From Octopus sinensis (lineage: Eukaryota), in contig NC_043025.1 of assembly GCF_006345805.1 (NCBI RefSeq), forward strand, positions 16,492,001-16,556,000: a stretch of DNA of 64,000 nucleotides, read 5' to 3'. Of this stretch, positions 60,115 to 64,000 are shown piece by piece. The notes under the pieces are model-generated. The model saw nothing but the letters and a program-made list of their open reading frames with translations, searched no databases and had not been told where the DNA came from. Every line of letters starts with the position of its first letter. The first letter of the stretch is position 1. Made by a program: the position numbers and the translations under genes.

Positions 60115-61720
60115 ATCATCATCAGAATCGTTTAATGTCCGCTTTTCAGGCTGGCATGGGTTGGACGGTTTGACTGAAGACTGGCAAGACAGAAGGCTGT
60201 ACCATTCTCCAATCTGATCTGGCAAGGTTTCTATGGCTGGATGCCCTTCCTAACGCCAACCACTCCGAGAGTGTAGTGGGTGCTTTTTACGTGCCAGCAG
60301 CACGAGGGCCAGTCAGGCGGCACTGGCATCAACCATGCTAGAATGGTGCTCTTTATGTGCCACTGGCATAAGAGCCAGTCAGGCGGCACTGACAACGACC
60401 ACACTCGAATGGTACTTTTTACGTGCCCCCAGCACGAGGGCCAGTCAGGCGGCACTGGCATCAACCATGCTAGAATGGTGCTCTTTATGTGCCACTGGCA
60501 TAAGAGCCAGTCAGGCGGCACTGACAACGACCACACTCGAATGGTACTTTTTACATGCCAGCAGCACGAGGGCCAGTCAGGCGGCACTGGCATCAACCAT
60601 GCTAGAATGGTGCTCTTTATGTGCCACTGGCATAAGAGCCAGTCAGGCGGCACTGACAACGACCACACTCGAATGGTACTTTTTACGTGCCCCCAGCACG
60701 AGGGCCAGTCAGGCGGCATTGGCATCAACCATGCTAGAATGGTGCTCTTTATGTGCCACTGGCATAAGAGCCAGTCAGGCGGCACTGACAACGACCACAC
60801 TCGAATGGTACTTTTTACTTGCCCCCAGCACGAGGGCCAGTCAGGCGGCATTGGCATCAACCATGCTAGAATGGTGCTCTTTATGTGCCACTGGCATAAG
60901 AGCCAGTCAGGCGGCACTGACAACGACCACACTCGAATGGTACTTTTTACGTGCCCCCAGCACGAGGGCCAGTCAGGCGGCATTGGCATCAACCATGCTA
61001 GAATGGTGCTCTTTATGTGCCACTGGCATAAGAGCCAGTCAGGCGGCACTGACAACGACCACACTCGAATGGTACTTTTTACGTGCCCCCAGCACGAGGG
61101 CCAGTCAGGCGGCACTGGCATCAACCATGCTAGAATGGTGCTCTTTATGTGCCACTGGCATAAGAGCCAGTCAGGCGGCACTGACAACGACCACACTCGA
61201 ATGGTACTTTTTACGTGCCCCCAGCACGAGGGCCAGTCAGGCGGCACTGGCATCAACCATGCTAGAATGGTGCTCTTTATGTGCCACTGGCATAAGAGCC
61301 AGTCAGGCGGCACTGACAACGACCACACTCGAATGGTACTTTTTACGTGCCCCCAGCACGAGGGCCAGTCAGGCGGCACTGGCATCAACCATGCTAGAAT
61401 GGTGCTCTTTATGTGCCACTGGCATAAGAGCCAGTCAGGCGGCACTGACAACGACCACACTCGAATGGTACTTTTTACGTGCCCCCAGCACGAGGGCCAG
61501 TCAGGCGGCACTGGCATCAACCATGCTAGAATGGTGCTCTTTATGTGCCACTGGCATAAGAGCCAGTCAGGTGGCACTGACAATGACCACACTCGAATGG
61601 TACTTTTTACTTGCCACCGGCACGGGAGCCCATCAGGCGTTATTAGTATCAGCCGCGACAATGATTTCGCTTCGCTCAACAGTTCTCCTCAAGCACAGTT
61701 TATTGCCCAATGATTGAAGG
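60115..61720 (-). mobile_element. RTE 3'-UTR-type insertion with a 132-bp dimer repeated 10 times (20 monomers of 66 bp)
   Basis: Period 132 (60301, 60433, ..., 61489); (CAT)n tail at about 60115. Confidence 0.9.
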
Positions 61721-61884
61721 GTACTTTTAAAGGTCTCGGTTATGCGACAAAGGCATAGGCCACGGGTAGGGACTCACTTGGCTTGCCAAGTCATCTCAAG
61801 CACAGCATATCTCCAAATGTCCGAAGGTCCTGCTTCACCAGGAAGTTTTCCCTGTAAGTTTGGACTTATACTCCCTAATATTAT

Positions 61885-61929
<45 letters not shown>

Positions 61930-62226
61930 AGCAATAATAAATCTGTGAATGAGGTATAAACAGTAGCTGCACAACACCGTGAAGTATGTTTGCGACCTAA
62001 ATGTAGCTAACCCTTAAGAGTTGATGCTATTGTAGCTTGTAGCCCCAGGAAGACATCTCCTCCAGTTGGCTACTGACACACTTTCTGTGCCCTATCAGTA
62101 TTTGCAAAGGAAGTCATCCTTTCCATCACGGACCTGGGTTTTCGGGTATTGACCCGTCATCAGCGTGTGACAACCACCGTTGGCAATGTGAAGTGGTTCC
62201 CAAAAAGTTTATATATATATATATAT

Positions 62227-63650
62227 ATGATATTCGCCGCCCGCCAGCTCCAGGAGAAATGCATGGAGCAGCACCTTGACCTCTGCATGACCTTTGTTGA
62301 CCTCACCAAGGCCTTTGATACAGTCAGTCGGGAGGGACTATGGAAGGTCATGGGAAAATTTGGTTGCCCCAGCAAATTTATTGCAATTGTCCGCCAGTTC
62401 CACGACGGAATGACAGCCAGAGCCCTTGAAGACGGCAACTTGTCTGAAGTCTTCCAGGTGACCTACGGAGTCAGGCAGGGCTGTGTCCTGGCCCCAACAC
62501 TGTTCAGCATCATGTTCTCGGCAATGATGTCCGACGCCTTTAGGGACTGCAAGTCCGGTATCAACATCAAGTACAGGACAGACGGGAAACTTTTCAACTC
62601 CAGGAGATTGCAGGCTGTCACAAAGGTGAGGGAGACAGTCGTCAGAGACTTTCTCTTTGCTGACGACTGCGCCCTTAATGCAATCGATGAGCAGGAGATG
62701 CAGCTCGGGATGGACAGGTTCTCATCAGCCTGTGACAACTTCGGTCTCACCATCAGTGCAAAGAAAACCGAAGTGATGTTTCAGCCAGCCCCCGGCAAAC
62801 AATACCATGAGCCTCAGATAAGGGTGAACGGACGGATCTTACGAGTGGTGGAAAACTTCACCTACCTGGGCAGCACTCTCCTGCAATGCCAACATAGATG
62901 CTGAAACCATCAACAGAATCTCCAAGGCAAGCAGCGCATTTGGGAGACTGCGAAAGAAAGTCTGGGAGCGGAGAGGAATCAGCCCCAACACCAAGCTGAA
63001 AGTCTACCGGGCAGTCGTGCTTACCACTCTACTATACGGCTGTGAGACGTGGACTGCTTACCGAAGGCACGAGCGCCAGATAAATCACTTCCATCTCAGG
63101 TGTCTTCGGAATCTCCTTCACATCCGCTGGCAGGACAAAGTCCCAGACACGGAAGTTCTGAAGCAGGCAGATCTCCCTAGCACCATCACAATCATGCGCA
63201 AGGCCCAGCTGAGATGGGCGGGCCACGTCTCCCGCATGTCCGACACTCGCATCCCAAAACAGCTCTTCTACGGTGAACTCGGCCAGGGCAGGCGCAAAGT
63301 CGGAGGGCAGAAAAAGCGCTACAAGGATAGTCTCAAGGTCTCTCTCAAAGACTTCTCCATCGGAACAGAGACCTGGGAGACACTTGCTGCCAACCGCTCA
63401 TCCTGGCGCAGCGCAATCACCGTGGGAGCAGGGACAGCCGAGGAGGGACGGATTCGGTCAGCGGAGCAGAAACGTCAGATGCGTAAAGTCAGAGCCGCCT
63501 GCACCAGTAGCACTGCCCCTACCCACTTCTGCCCCACCTGTGGGAGGGGCTTCCTTGCCCGGATTGGCCTCACCAGCCACCTCCGGTCTCATGGCGGCAG
63601 TTCCATCAGATGATGTCAGTTGGTCATCTTCGAACCGAAGGACGAACATT
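62227..63650 (+). mobile_element. 5'-truncated BovB-like RTE LINE with one frameshift at about 62881
   Basis: FVDLTKAFDTVSR, GVRQGCVLAPTLF, YRTDGKLFN.RRLQA.TKV, FADDC; C-terminal C2H2 CPTCGRGFLARIGLTSHLRSH; flanked by (TA)n. Confidence 0.9.
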
Positions 63651-63672
63651 AATTAATATATATATATATATG

Positions 63673-64000
63673 TATGGCTTTCGTTGACATGGAGATAGCC
63701 TTCGACAGGGTCCCCCGACCCCTTATCTGGTGGTCAATGAGGAAACTAGGGATAAATGAATGGCTAGTGAGGGTTGGCAACGAGTACAGTGAAGAATTCC
63801 GGGTAGAGGTAGGAGTCCACTAAGGTTCAGTCCTCAGCCCCCTCCTATTTATCATAGTCCTCCAGGCAATAACGGAGGAATTCAAGACAGGATGCCCCTG
63901 GGAGCTCCTCTACGCTGATGACTTTGCTCTAATTGCTGAGTCACTATCGGTACTGGAGGAGAAGTTTCAGGTGTGGAAGCAAGGATTAGAATCGAAGAGC
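63673..64000 (+). mobile_element. Octopus-type RTE RT fragment, runs off the window
   Basis: AFVDME.AFDRVP; GSVLSPLLFIIVLQAITEEF; ELLYADD. Confidence 0.85.

Noticed and set aside
58810-61620. CRISPR-like repeat-spacer array (palindromic core plus variable linkers)
   Set aside because: The linkers are homologous to one another and alternate as dimers rather than being unique spacers; eukaryotic LINE context; no cas genes
60231-61717. 460-482 aa ORFs as real proteins
   Set aside because: They follow from a stop-free 132-bp tandem unit inside a LINE 3' UTR, with no domain or gene context

Overview
AT-rich, repeat-dense eukaryotic genomic DNA, very probably Octopus or another cephalopod, inferred from the SINE, RTE and microsatellite repertoire. 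One protein-coding gene is supported: an 11-exon NOP9 orthologue (PUF/Pumilio-repeat 40S biogenesis factor) on the + strand. Its CDS runs 8821-46818, all splice sites are GT-AG with matching phases, and it totals 2049 nt (682 aa). The rest is mobile DNA: tRNA-headed SINEs, RTE LINEs (an octopus type with a PHD-like finger and a VNTR-bearing 3' UTR, and a GC-rich BovB-like copy), a CR1 tail, Tc1/mariner remnants, TTAA and TA MITEs, non-autonomous Helitrons, at least 8 minisatellite arrays and at least 5 long fold-back palindromes. Most long ORFs in the supplied track are repeat artefacts. The most notable observations are: a perfect 68-bp-arm palindrome carrying a type-I hammerhead ribozyme fold on each strand, plus further hammerhead-like motifs (one sense-strand, in NOP9 intron 10); a 78-bp copy of NOP9 exon 4 sitting behind a new acceptor-like site upstream of exon 3; a Helitron with five tandem 5' heads; and a minisatellite that arose inside a piggyBac-like MITE. 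All structures were derived by eye and none was computed.
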